From the NCBI GenBank assembly GCA_037442085.1, contig JBBIQY010000001.1, forward strand, positions 46,174 through 110,173: a DNA stretch of 64,000 bases, written 5' to 3'. This stretch comes from Anaerolineae bacterium (lineage in GTDB: Bacteria; Chloroflexota; Anaerolineae; Anaerolineales; UBA6663). A program made the position numbers and the translations under genes. The notes under the pieces are model-generated. The model was given only the letters and a program-made list of their open reading frames with translations. It was not told the origin of the DNA and ran no database searches. Positions 22,450-31,994 of this stretch are shown here, piece after piece (positions within the stretch are counted from its first letter, which is position 1; the number at the start of each line of letters is the position of its first letter).

Positions 22450-24897
22450 GACGGCGTCAAAGTCTCCGTGCCGAAGGGCACCCTGATTGTAGATGCCGCC
22501 AAGCGTATTGATAACGATATCCCCGTCTTTTGCTACCATCCCAAGCTGAAGCCGGTGGGGATGTGCCGGATGTGCCTGGTGGAAGTGGGCCGCGTGCAGC
22601 GAGACCGCGTCACCGGGCAGGTGGCGCTGGACGAGCAGGGTCATCCCAAGCTCGCCTTTGGCCCGAAGCTGGAGACTGCCTGCACCACGCCCGTCGAAGA
22701 GGGCATGGTCGTCATCGGCAACAGCCTCAAGGTGAAAGAGGGCCGCGACGACATCATTGAGTTTCTCCTGACTTCGCACCCGCTCGACTGCCCGATCTGC
22801 GACAAGGGCGGCGAGTGTCCATTGCAGAACCTCACCCTGCGCCACGGCCCCGGCCAGAGCCGCTTTCTCTTCGAGGAGAAAATGCGTCTGGAGAAGCACG
22901 TGCCCCTCGGCCGGCCGGATGAAGCCCTGATCTACCTTGATCGAGAGCGCTGCATCCAGTGCGCGCGCTGTACGCGTTTCTGCGACGAAATCGTGGACGA
23001 CCACGTGCTCGGCTTCTATGAGCGCGGCCGCAAGCTCGAAATCATCACCTTCTCCGAGCCGGGCTTCGACAGCAAGTTCAGCGGCAACACCACCGACATC
23101 TGCCCGGTAGGCGCGCTGACCACGCGCGACTTCCGCTTCGGCGCGCGCCCTTGGGAGTTGATGTCGGCGGCTTCGATCTGCAATCACTGCCCGGTCGGCT
23201 GCAATGTGGCGCTCAGCAGTCGGCGCGAAGCGAAGAGCGGCGGCCGGCCCGTCATCAAGCGCGTCATGCCGCGCCAGAACGAGCAGGTCAACGAGATCTG
23301 GATATGCGATAAGGGCCGCTTTGGCCACCACTTTGTGGAAAGCGCCGAACGGCTGCGCACGCCCCTCATCCGCCGGAACGGCGCGCTGACGCCGGCGACC
23401 TGGGCGGAGGCGCTCGCCCTCATCGGCGAGAAGTTCAGGGCGGCAGGCCGAGGGCTGACCGCCCTGCTCGGCGACCGACTGGCGAATGAAGACTTGTTTG
23501 CGGTGAAGAAGGTGGTCCAGGGACTCGGCGGCGGGGTCGAGTTGAACTCGAACATGGGCGGCGGCGATCTGGTGCAGCTGGTCGGCGTCGGCGTGGGCAC
23601 AAACTTCTCCACCCTGGGCAAGGGCGCGGCCATCCTGGTGATCGCCTCCGATCTGGAAGAGGAAGCGCCGATCTGGTGGCTGCGCGTGAAGCAGGCCGCC
23701 GACCGGGGCGCGACGCTCATCGTCGCCAACGGCCGCCCGACCAAGCTCGACCGGGCGGCGACGTTCAAGGTACGCTACGCGTATGGCCACGAAGTGGCCA
23801 CTGTGCTCGGCATGTTGGTGGCCGGCTCGAGCGAGGCGGCGGATGCGTTCGCCAAAGCCGAGGATGCCCTGATCCTGTTTGGTCGCGAAGGCCTGGACTT
23901 CGCCGGCAGCACGGCGCTGGCTCAGGCCTGCGCCAACCTGCTCATCACCACCCAACACTACGGCAGACCGAATAACGGCCTGATCGCGGTCTGGCCGCGC
24001 GCCAACACGATGGGCGCGTGGGATATGGGCGTGCTCCCCTCGGGCCGCAGCCTGGAGGCTGCCTTCGCCAATGCGTCCGCAGCCTGGATCATCGCCGCCG
24101 ACCCGGTGGGTGACGGCGCGCTGGAGGTGCTCCCTGCCTTCACCGTTGTGCAGGAGTTATTCCTCACTGAGACGGCCAGACGTGCCGACGTCGTTCTGCC
24201 GGCGGCGGCCTGGGCCGAGCGCGAGGGCACGTACACCAACGGCGAACGGCGTGTGCAGCGCTTCTACCCGGCGGTCCCCGCCAAGGGCGAGAGCAAGCCG
24301 GACTGCGAGATCGCGGCCCTCATTGGCGCGCAGATCGGCGTCGGCGTGCCGCGCTTTCCGGCGCAAATCTTTCTGGAGATTGCGAAGACCGTGCCGGCAT
24401 ACGTCGGTCTGGACTACGGCGAGCTGGCGAGAGTGGAGAAGCAGTGGCCAGACGTGGGCGGGCGCGACTCGTATTACGGCGGCACATCCTATAATAACGA
24501 GCAGGGCCTGGGCGTGCCGCTCAAGTCCGGCGCCGAGCGCGGGATAGCGCTCACACCGCACGAAGTCAAATCTCCCGTCCCCACGCCGGCGGGCCTGACG
24601 CTCATCCCTACGACCTGGCTGTATGACCGGGGCACGACTTTTCAGCCATCACGTTTGATGCATCCGCGCGTGCCGCCGCCGCACCTCGTCGTGCATCCCG
24701 CCGACGCGGCGCAACTGGGCGTGGCGGATGGTGATGAAGTGGCGGTGAGTTTCGACGGTGCGAACGTCGTGGTGAAGGCGCGGGTGGCGGAGCACGCGCC
24801 GGAAGGCGTGGTGTTGATGCCGCGCGGCCTCGGTGTCCCCACACCCGCCGAACCAACGCCGGCGATGATTGCGCCGGCGGTTGCCGTTGTAAGCTGA
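22423..24897 (+). CDS. nuoG: NADH-quinone oxidoreductase subunit G
   Basis: 824 aa. N-terminal 2Fe-2S ferredoxin fold (CYHPKLKPVGMCRMCLVEV), HPLDCPICDKGGECPLQ and CIQCARCTRFC. The C-terminal part is molybdopterin-oxidoreductase-like. Confidence 0.93.
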   Translation: MADLVTLTIDGVKVSVPKGTLIVDAAKRIDNDIPVFCYHPKLKPVGMCRMCLVEVGRVQRDRVTGQVALDEQGHPKLAFGPKLETACTTPVEEGMVVIGNSLKVKEGRDDIIEFLLTSHPLDCPICDKGGECPLQNLTLRHGPGQSRFLFEEKMRLEKHVPLGRPDEALIYLDRERCIQCARCTRFCDEIVDDHVLGFYERGRKLEIITFSEPGFDSKFSGNTTDICPVGALTTRDFRFGARPWELMSAASICNHCPVGCNVALSSRREAKSGGRPVIKRVMPRQNEQVNEIWICDKGRFGHHFVESAERLRTPLIRRNGALTPATWAEALALIGEKFRAAGRGLTALLGDRLANEDLFAVKKVVQGLGGGVELNSNMGGGDLVQLVGVGVGTNFSTLGKGAAILVIASDLEEEAPIWWLRVKQAADRGATLIVANGRPTKLDRAATFKVRYAYGHEVATVLGMLVAGSSEAADAFAKAEDALILFGREGLDFAGSTALAQACANLLITTQHYGRPNNGLIAVWPRANTMGAWDMGVLPSGRSLEAAFANASAAWIIAADPVGDGALEVLPAFTVVQELFLTETARRADVVLPAAAWAEREGTYTNGERRVQRFYPAVPAKGESKPDCEIAALIGAQIGVGVPRFPAQIFLEIAKTVPAYVGLDYGELARVEKQWPDVGGRDSYYGGTSYNNEQGLGVPLKSGAERGIALTPHEVKSPVPTPAGLTLIPTTWLYDRGTTFQPSRLMHPRVPPPHLVVHPADAAQLGVADGDEVAVSFDGANVVVKARVAEHAPEGVVLMPRGLGVPTPAEPTPAMIAPAVAVVS

Positions 24898-24925
24898 TCG
24901 AGGCCGGGTTGTTGCTGGGAAGATT

Positions 24926-26086
24926 ATGACCATGGACTGGGTTCTGATCGTCGAATGGCTTGTCAAATCCCTCATCAGCACCGTCGTGCTGCTGACCGGC
25001 TTCGCCTACCTGACGTGGGCCGAGCGCAAAGTGGCGGCCAAGTTGCAGACGCGCATCGGCCCCAACCGCATTGGGCCGTTCGGCTTATTGCAGCCCGTGG
25101 CGGACGGCATCAAGCTGATTTTCAAGGAGGAACTGATCCCAGCCGGCGCGGACCGCTTCATTTTCCTGCTCGCGCCGATCATCACCGTCATCCCGGCGCT
25201 GGTCATCATGGCCGTCATTCCCTGGGGGCCGCCCGTGCCTGTGCCGTGGCGTTCGCCGGATGATCCCATGCCGCTCGGCCTGGCCGACCTGAACGTGGGC
25301 ATGATGTACATCCTGTCCGTCGCTTCCGTCGCCGTGTACGGCGTGACGCTGGCAGGCTGGGCGTCCAACAACAAGTACGCCACGCTGGGCGGCCTGCGCT
25401 CCGCCGCTCAGATGGTGAGTTATGAGTTGCCGTTGGGCCTGGCGATTGTCGGGCCGCTGATGCTGGCCGGCTCGATGAGTATGCTGGACATCGTCAACGC
25501 GCAGAGCGGCGTATGGTTCATCGTGTTACAGCCGCTGGCGGCGATCATCTTCTACCTCTGCGGCCTGGCCGAGACCAACCGCGCGCCCTTCGATATGCCG
25601 GAGGCCGAGCAGGAGCTGACCGCCGGCTACCACACCGAATACTCCGGTATGAAGTTCGCGTTGTTCTTCATGGCCGAATACGTCAAGATGATCGGCGTCA
25701 GCGCCATTTTCGTCACGCTCTTCCTGGGCGGCTGGCAGGGCCCGTTCGTCTATCAGCTCCCGTGGCTTGGACCGATCTACTTTTGGGGCAAGGTCATCGC
25801 TTCGCTGATCTTTATGATCTGGACGCGTTCCACCCTGCCGCGCCTGCGTTACGATCGGCTGATGGCACTCAACTGGAAGGTGCTGTTCGAGCTGGCGCTG
25901 GCCAGTGTGCTGGTGACCGGCGCGGCGCTGCTGGGCGATCAGCTGATCCTGGGCGGGATGTTGGGCCTGATCGGCGTGGGAGTGGTCATTGGCACGCTGT
26001 GGAGTTGGTCGCGCTCCCGGCGCCGGGCGCCGACCACTCCCGCGCTCCCTGAAGGGGATGGGGGGGCGGCGGTGGCGCGGCGTTGA
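24926..26086 (+). CDS. nuoH: NADH-quinone oxidoreductase subunit H
   Basis: 386 aa, polytopic. NuoH/ND1 motifs ERKVAAKLQTRIGPNRIGPFGLLQPVADGIKL and ETNRAPFDMPEAEQELTAGYHTEYSGMKFALFF. Confidence 0.93.
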   Translation: MTMDWVLIVEWLVKSLISTVVLLTGFAYLTWAERKVAAKLQTRIGPNRIGPFGLLQPVADGIKLIFKEELIPAGADRFIFLLAPIITVIPALVIMAVIPWGPPVPVPWRSPDDPMPLGLADLNVGMMYILSVASVAVYGVTLAGWASNNKYATLGGLRSAAQMVSYELPLGLAIVGPLMLAGSMSMLDIVNAQSGVWFIVLQPLAAIIFYLCGLAETNRAPFDMPEAEQELTAGYHTEYSGMKFALFFMAEYVKMIGVSAIFVTLFLGGWQGPFVYQLPWLGPIYFWGKVIASLIFMIWTRSTLPRLRYDRLMALNWKVLFELALASVLVTGAALLGDQLILGGMLGLIGVGVVIGTLWSWSRSRRRAPTTPALPEGDGGAAVARR

Positions 26087-26115
26087 CGAAGGCGCGTTAT
26101 TTTTAGGAAGCCGAG

Positions 26116-26613
26116 ATGTTCGACATTCTCAAAGGATATTTCACGACTGCGAAGAACGTCGTCAAGCCTCCGGAGACATACGAGTATCCCGAGGTCAAGA
26201 AGCCGGTGGCCCAGCGTTTCAAGGGCCGTCATGAACTGAAGCGTTACGACAACGGGCTGGAGAAGTGTATTGGCTGTGCGTTGTGCGCGGCGGCCTGCCC
26301 CGCAGACGCCATCTTTGTGGAGGCCGGCGAGAACACCGACGAGGCGCGTTACTCGCCCGGCGAGCGCTACGCCAGCACCTACGAGATCAACCTGCTGCGC
26401 TGCATCTATTGCGGTTTCTGCGAGGACGCCTGCCCGACCGAAGCTATCGTGCTGGAGAACAACTACGAGCTATCCTACTACGACCGGCGCTCGTCCATCA
26501 TCACCAAGGAGCAGTTGCTCGTGCCCGTGCCGGAAGGCGGTCGGCCCACACCGCAGCAGGTGCCGGAGCATGCCTTTGACCGGGCCATCCCGGATATGAA
26601 CAACCCCGATTGA
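26116..26613 (+). CDS. nuoI: NADH-quinone oxidoreductase subunit I
   Basis: 165 aa with two 4Fe-4S ferredoxin motifs, CIGCALCAAACP and CIYCGFCEDACP. Confidence 0.93.
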   Translation: MFDILKGYFTTAKNVVKPPETYEYPEVKKPVAQRFKGRHELKRYDNGLEKCIGCALCAAACPADAIFVEAGENTDEARYSPGERYASTYEINLLRCIYCGFCEDACPTEAIVLENNYELSYYDRRSSIITKEQLLVPVPEGGRPTPQQVPEHAFDRAIPDMNNPD

Positions 26614-26691
26614 TTTTCGATTTTTGATGGCTGATTTCTGATTGCCAGTCAATCTGCAATCCGCAATCTGCGATCTGAAATCTGCAATCAG
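26608..26691. repeat. 84-nt block of twelve in-phase heptamers filling the nuoI-nuoJ spacer
   Basis: Left six units: gattgat tttcgat ttttgat ggctgat ttctgat tgccagt. Right six units: CAATCTG CAATCCG CAATCTG CGATCTG AAATCTG CAATCAG (26650-26691). CTGATTG at 26638-26644 is the exact reverse complement of CAATCAG at 26685-26691. Confidence 0.85.
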
Positions 26692-26693
26692 AG

Positions 26694-27230
26694 ATGCCGA
26701 GCTTTCTTTCCCCCGAGTTCATTGCCTTCGCCCTGCTTGCCGCCGTCGCCCTCGGCTCGGCGGTGATGATGCTGCTGAGCAAAAACGCTGTCCACTCGGC
26801 GCTGTGGCTGGTGCTGAACTTCGCTACCGTGGCGCTGTTCTTTCTGTGGCTGGGCGCGCCGTTTATCGCCATGGTGCAGGTGACGGTGTACGCCGGCGCG
26901 ATCATGGTGCTCTTCCTCTTCGTCATCATGCTGCTCGGCGCGGAGCTGGTGAAACAGGAACGCAATGTCCTGCGCAACCAGCCGCTGTGGACGCTCTTCC
27001 TGGCGGTGTTGTTCGTCGGCCTGGCGGCCTTTTTCTTTCTGAGCAACGGCGTCGGCCCGGCGCCGCCCGCCTTCACCGAGGCAGCGGCGGCGCGCGCCTT
27101 TGGCGACCCGCAGGCCATTGGCCGGACGCTCTTCACCGACTTCGTGCTGCCGTTTCAGGTGGCGGCGTTTTTGCTGATCGCCGGCCTGGTCGGCGCCATT
27201 GTGCTGACGCGCGATGAGGAGAAGCCTTAG
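26694..27230 (+). CDS. nuoJ: NADH-quinone oxidoreductase subunit J
   Basis: 178 aa, hydrophobic NuoJ/ND6-like (…VHSALWLVLNFATVALFFLWLGAPFIAMVQVTVYAGAIMVLFLFVIMLL…). Position in the operon supports the call. Confidence 0.9.
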   Translation: MPSFLSPEFIAFALLAAVALGSAVMMLLSKNAVHSALWLVLNFATVALFFLWLGAPFIAMVQVTVYAGAIMVLFLFVIMLLGAELVKQERNVLRNQPLWTLFLAVLFVGLAAFFFLSNGVGPAPPAFTEAAAARAFGDPQAIGRTLFTDFVLPFQVAAFLLIAGLVGAIVLTRDEEKP

Positions 27231-27273
27231 TCGTCGGTCTCCGGCAGACGGATGACTGAGTATTGATGCTCGC

Positions 27274-27585
27274 ATGTTCCCCACCCTTCCCACGTCTTAC
27301 TTCGTTCTGCTTTCGGCGGCATTGTTTGCGCTCGGGGTTACCGGCGTGCTCACGCGCCGCAACCCGCTGATCGTTTTTATGTCGGTGGAGTTGATGCTGA
27401 ACTCGGCTAACCTGGCGTTCATTGCTTTCGCGCGGCAGTTTCTGGATGTGCGAGGACAGGTGTTCGTCTTCTTCATCCTCGTGGTGGCAGCGGCGGAAGT
27501 GGCAGTCGGCCTGGCCCTCATCGTTGCCATCTTCCGCACTCGCCAGAACATCAATCTGGATGAGCTGAGTCAGCTGAAAGGATAG
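27274..27585 (+). CDS. nuoK: NADH-quinone oxidoreductase subunit K
   Basis: 103 aa, three TM segments. NuoK/ND4L motifs [17 protein letters not shown] and [19 protein letters not shown]. Confidence 0.92.
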   Translation: MFPTLPTSYFVLLSAALFALGVTGVLTRRNPLIVFMSVELMLNSANLAFIAFARQFLDVRGQVFVFFILVVAAAEVAVGLALIVAIFRTRQNINLDELSQLKG

Positions 27586-27638
27586 CCAATCTCTGCTCTC
27601 CAATTTCCTTGGTTTGGCGATTGGAGAGTAGAGATTGG
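27586..27638. repeat. 19-bp-arm hairpin occupying the nuoK-nuoL spacer
   Basis: CCAATCTCTGCTCTCCAAT (27586-27604) and ATTGGAGAGTAGAGATTGG (27620-27638) are reverse complements with one mismatch. The loop is 15 nt. It starts 1 nt after the nuoK stop and ends 8 nt before the nuoL ATG. Confidence 0.85.
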
Positions 27639-27646
27639 GGAAACCA

Positions 27647-29599
27647 ATGTTCGCTCTCGTCCCCCTCCTCATCCTCATCCCGCTGGCGGGGTTCGCCGTC
27701 AACGCCCTGTTTGGCAGGTGGCTGGGTGGTGCGCGCGCCGGGCTGCTGGCCGTTGGCGCCTCGGTTGCCTCGTTCGGCATTGCGCTGACACAGTTCGCGG
27801 CGCTGGCAGGCAACGGTTTTCAACCGGTCACCGTCCCGTTCGCCACATGGCTGCACGTCGGCGCGTTGCGGGTGGAATGGTCGTTCCTGGTGGACACGCT
27901 CTCGGTCACGATGATGCTGGTGGTCACCGGCGTCGGCGCGCTCATCCACCTCTATGCGCTGGGTTACATGCGCGAGGACGTGCGCCACAACGGCGACGAG
28001 GGTCGTTACACGCGCTTCTTCGTCTATCTCAACCTGTTCCTCGCCACCATGTTGGTGTTGGTCAGCGGCGATAGCTTCCTGACGATGTTCGTTGGCTGGG
28101 AGGGCGTGGGCCTGTGTTCGTATCTGCTCATCGGCTTCTGGTTCGAGAAGGGCGAGGGCGGCCTGGGCAACGCGCGTGCGGCGATGAAAGCCTTCGTCGT
28201 CAACCGCCTCGGCGACTTCGGGCTGATGCTCGCGATGTTCCTGATCTTCTGGAGCTTCGGCTCGCTGACCTTCGCCGTCGTGTTTGAGCGGCTTGAGACG
28301 GTGCGGCTGGAAGCGTGGGTGCTGCCGGCCATCACGCTTCTCCTGCTGCTCGGCGCGACCGGCAAGAGCGCACAAGTGCCGCTGTACGTCTGGCTGCCGG
28401 ATGCCATGGCCGGCCCGACGCCGGTCTCCGCCCTCATCCATGCCGCAACGATGGTGACGGCGGGCATCTATATGATCACGCGCACGCACCTCCTGTTCGA
28501 AGCCTCGGCGATCAGCCTCAGCGTGGTCGCCTGGGTCGGGGCCATCACCGCCCTCTTTGCCGCCACCATCGCGGTTGCGCAGATGGACATCAAGCGCGTG
28601 CTGGCCTATTCCACGATCTCGCAGCTCGGCTTCATGGTCGCGGCGGTGGGTTTGGGCGCGTACGTCGCCGGCATGTTCCACCTGGTGACGCACGCCTTCT
28701 TCAAGGCGGTGCTCTTCCTCGGCTCCGGCTCGGTCATCCAGGCGCTCGAACGCGGCGCCCACCACACACACGATCATCTTGATCCGCAGGACATGCGCAA
28801 CATGGGTGGGCTGTGGGCGCGGCTGCCGGTCACGAAGTGGGTTTACCTGATCGGCGCGCTGGCGCTGGCCGGCCTGCCGCCGCTCTCCGGCTTCTTCTCC
28901 AAGGACGAAATCCTTCTGGATGCCTTCACGCACAACCGGCCGATCTTCTTCATCCTGCTGCTGGCTGCGTTCTTGACCGCGTTCTACATGGGTCGGCAGT
29001 TGCTCATGGTCTTCTTTGGGAAGCCGCGCACCGCAGCCGCCGTGCACGCCGCCGAGAGTCCGCCGGTGATCACCACGCCGCTGATCGTGCTGGCCATCCT
29101 GTCCGTGGCCGGCGGCGTACTCAACCTGCCACAGTTCAGCGAGGCAGGCTATACGGGCGCGCTGGCCTTCAAGACCTGGCTCGGCTACACGCTGGGCAAG
29201 GCAGAGGCCCCGCTGTTCAACTGGCTGGTCGCGGGCCTGGCAACGGCGCTGTCGCTGGCGGGGTTGGCGCTGGCCTATGCGTTGTATAACCGGGCATACG
29301 CTAGCGCCGCTGACCGCGACCCGTTACAAAGCCCGCTCTTCGAGGTGCTGCGCCGCAAGTGGTATGTGGACGAATTGTATGGCGTGTTGTTCGTCAGGCC
29401 GTTCGAGGCGCTGGCGCAGCTCACCGCCCGCGCCCTTGACCTGGGCGGTATTGACATGACGTTCAACAGCCTAGGCGACCTGGCCCGCCAACTGGCGAGC
29501 CGCTTCTCGCACTTTCAGTTGGGTTATGCCCGCGGCTATGCGCTGGTCATGTTCCTGGGCGTGGTGGCGGTGCTGGCCTATTTTTGGGTGGTGAAATAA
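27647..29599 (+). CDS. nuoL: NADH-quinone oxidoreductase subunit L
   Basis: 650 aa from ATG 27647 (the track's TTG at 27635 lies inside the hairpin). Motifs WEGVGLCSYLLIGFW and KSAQVPLYVWLPDAMAGPTPVSALIHAATMVTAG. Confidence 0.92.
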   Translation: MFALVPLLILIPLAGFAVNALFGRWLGGARAGLLAVGASVASFGIALTQFAALAGNGFQPVTVPFATWLHVGALRVEWSFLVDTLSVTMMLVVTGVGALIHLYALGYMREDVRHNGDEGRYTRFFVYLNLFLATMLVLVSGDSFLTMFVGWEGVGLCSYLLIGFWFEKGEGGLGNARAAMKAFVVNRLGDFGLMLAMFLIFWSFGSLTFAVVFERLETVRLEAWVLPAITLLLLLGATGKSAQVPLYVWLPDAMAGPTPVSALIHAATMVTAGIYMITRTHLLFEASAISLSVVAWVGAITALFAATIAVAQMDIKRVLAYSTISQLGFMVAAVGLGAYVAGMFHLVTHAFFKAVLFLGSGSVIQALERGAHHTHDHLDPQDMRNMGGLWARLPVTKWVYLIGALALAGLPPLSGFFSKDEILLDAFTHNRPIFFILLLAAFLTAFYMGRQLLMVFFGKPRTAAAVHAAESPPVITTPLIVLAILSVAGGVLNLPQFSEAGYTGALAFKTWLGYTLGKAEAPLFNWLVAGLATALSLAGLALAYALYNRAYASAADRDPLQSPLFEVLRRKWYVDELYGVLFVRPFEALAQLTARALDLGGIDMTFNSLGDLARQLASRFSHFQLGYARGYALVMFLGVVAVLAYFWVVK

Positions 29600-29674
29600 C
29601 CGCCGGCCTGCGTGCGGCCGGGTTCCGGGCCGGGCGTGCGTTGCGGGCTTCGTGATGCAAAGCGTGTCATCTTC

Positions 29675-31192
<1,518 letters not shown>

Positions 31193-31205
31193 CGAGTGGA
31201 AATTA

Positions 31206-31457
31206 ATGCACCACTCAGCGCTGGGTGACTTTGCGACGCGAGAAGCAGAGCAGTTCTATATCGAAAGTCTGCGCCGGAAGAGCGTCGAGCAACGCGTCCG
31301 CATCGCGATGGAGCTTTGGCAAATGGCAGTCGAGATGGCCTGCGCCGGGGTTCGACGCGATCATCCTGACTGGTCTGAGGCTCAGGTGCGCGGCGAAGTC
31401 GCTCGGCGCATCCTGCTGCTCGATGGAACAACACCGCCTGCTGCTGCAAGCAATTGA
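31206..31457 (+). CDS. Small helical hypothetical protein (83 aa), upstream partner of the nucleotidyltransferase
   Basis: ATG 13 nt after the nuoM stop. Translation: ...SVEQRVRIAMELWQMAVEMACAGVRRDHPDWSEAQVRGEVARRILLL. The 3' end overlaps the next ORF by 35 nt. G+C is lower than in the flanks. An antitoxin-like role is inference only. Confidence 0.55.
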   Translation: MHHSALGDFATREAEQFYIESLRRKSVEQRVRIAMELWQMAVEMACAGVRRDHPDWSEAQVRGEVARRILLLDGTTPPAAASN

Positions 31458-31971
31458 AGCCCTGGACCAGGCCGGCATTCCTTACGCCATTACCGGTTCA
31501 TGGGCTTCGATTTCCTACGGGATGCCGCGAACCACGCACGATATTGATATTGTCGCAGACTTGACTGTGGATCAAGCTCGACAACTCGCGCAGGCATTTC
31601 CACCGCCATTTTATGCTGATGCTGTATGGATCGAAGAAGCGGCAGCGCTGAAACAGTTTTTCAATGTCATCGATCCGACAACCGGCCTCAAGGTTGACTT
31701 TTGGCCGTTGGAGGACACGGACTTTGCGCGGGAGCGTTTCGCCCGGCGACAGCGTGTGTCGGTCTTTGGCAAAGACATTTGGATGCTGTCGCCAGAAGAT
31801 GTGATCTTGTCCAAGCTGCTTTGGTATCAGCAATCGGAAAGCGATACGCAATGGCGTGACATTGTGGGCGTCTGGCGTGTCCAGCAGGAAAAACTTGATC
31901 TCGACTACCTGCGCGGCTGGGCCGTGCGCCTGGGTTTAACAGATCTGCTCGAGCGCGTCACCCAAAGCTGA
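31423..31971 (+). CDS. Minimal nucleotidyltransferase-fold protein (MNT/AbiEii-like), 182 aa
   Basis: Starts MEQHRLLLQAIEALDQAGIPYAITGSWASISYGMPRTTHDIDIV, which is G-S-x13-D-x-D, the Pol-beta NTase signature. The in-frame region upstream (from 31225) is Ser/Arg/Cys-rich junk. Hand-counted G+C is 48-53% in 31501-31680. Confidence 0.7.
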   Translation: MEQHRLLLQAIEALDQAGIPYAITGSWASISYGMPRTTHDIDIVADLTVDQARQLAQAFPPPFYADAVWIEEAAALKQFFNVIDPTTGLKVDFWPLEDTDFARERFARRQRVSVFGKDIWMLSPEDVILSKLLWYQQSESDTQWRDIVGVWRVQQEKLDLDYLRGWAVRLGLTDLLERVTQS

Positions 31972-31994
31972 CTACTTGCTACTTTCCAGGTCTC

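Noticed and set aside
22405-23958. 517-aa minus-strand ORF antisense to nuoG. Similar long antisense ORFs cover nuoD/E (20316-21047), nuoF (21190-22023), nuoL (27551-29047), nuoM (29471-30388) and nuoN (32265-33395).
   Set aside because: All lie opposite highly conserved complex I subunits and have low-complexity Arg/Ala/Gly/His-rich translations. Long stop-free antisense frames are expected at this G+C.
26608-26691. Possibility that the heptamer/octamer arrays or the 216-bp duplication are CRISPR arrays.
   Set aside because: The units are 7-8 nt with no unique spacers, or 174 bp inside a CDS. There are no cas genes in the window. The architecture is incompatible with CRISPR.
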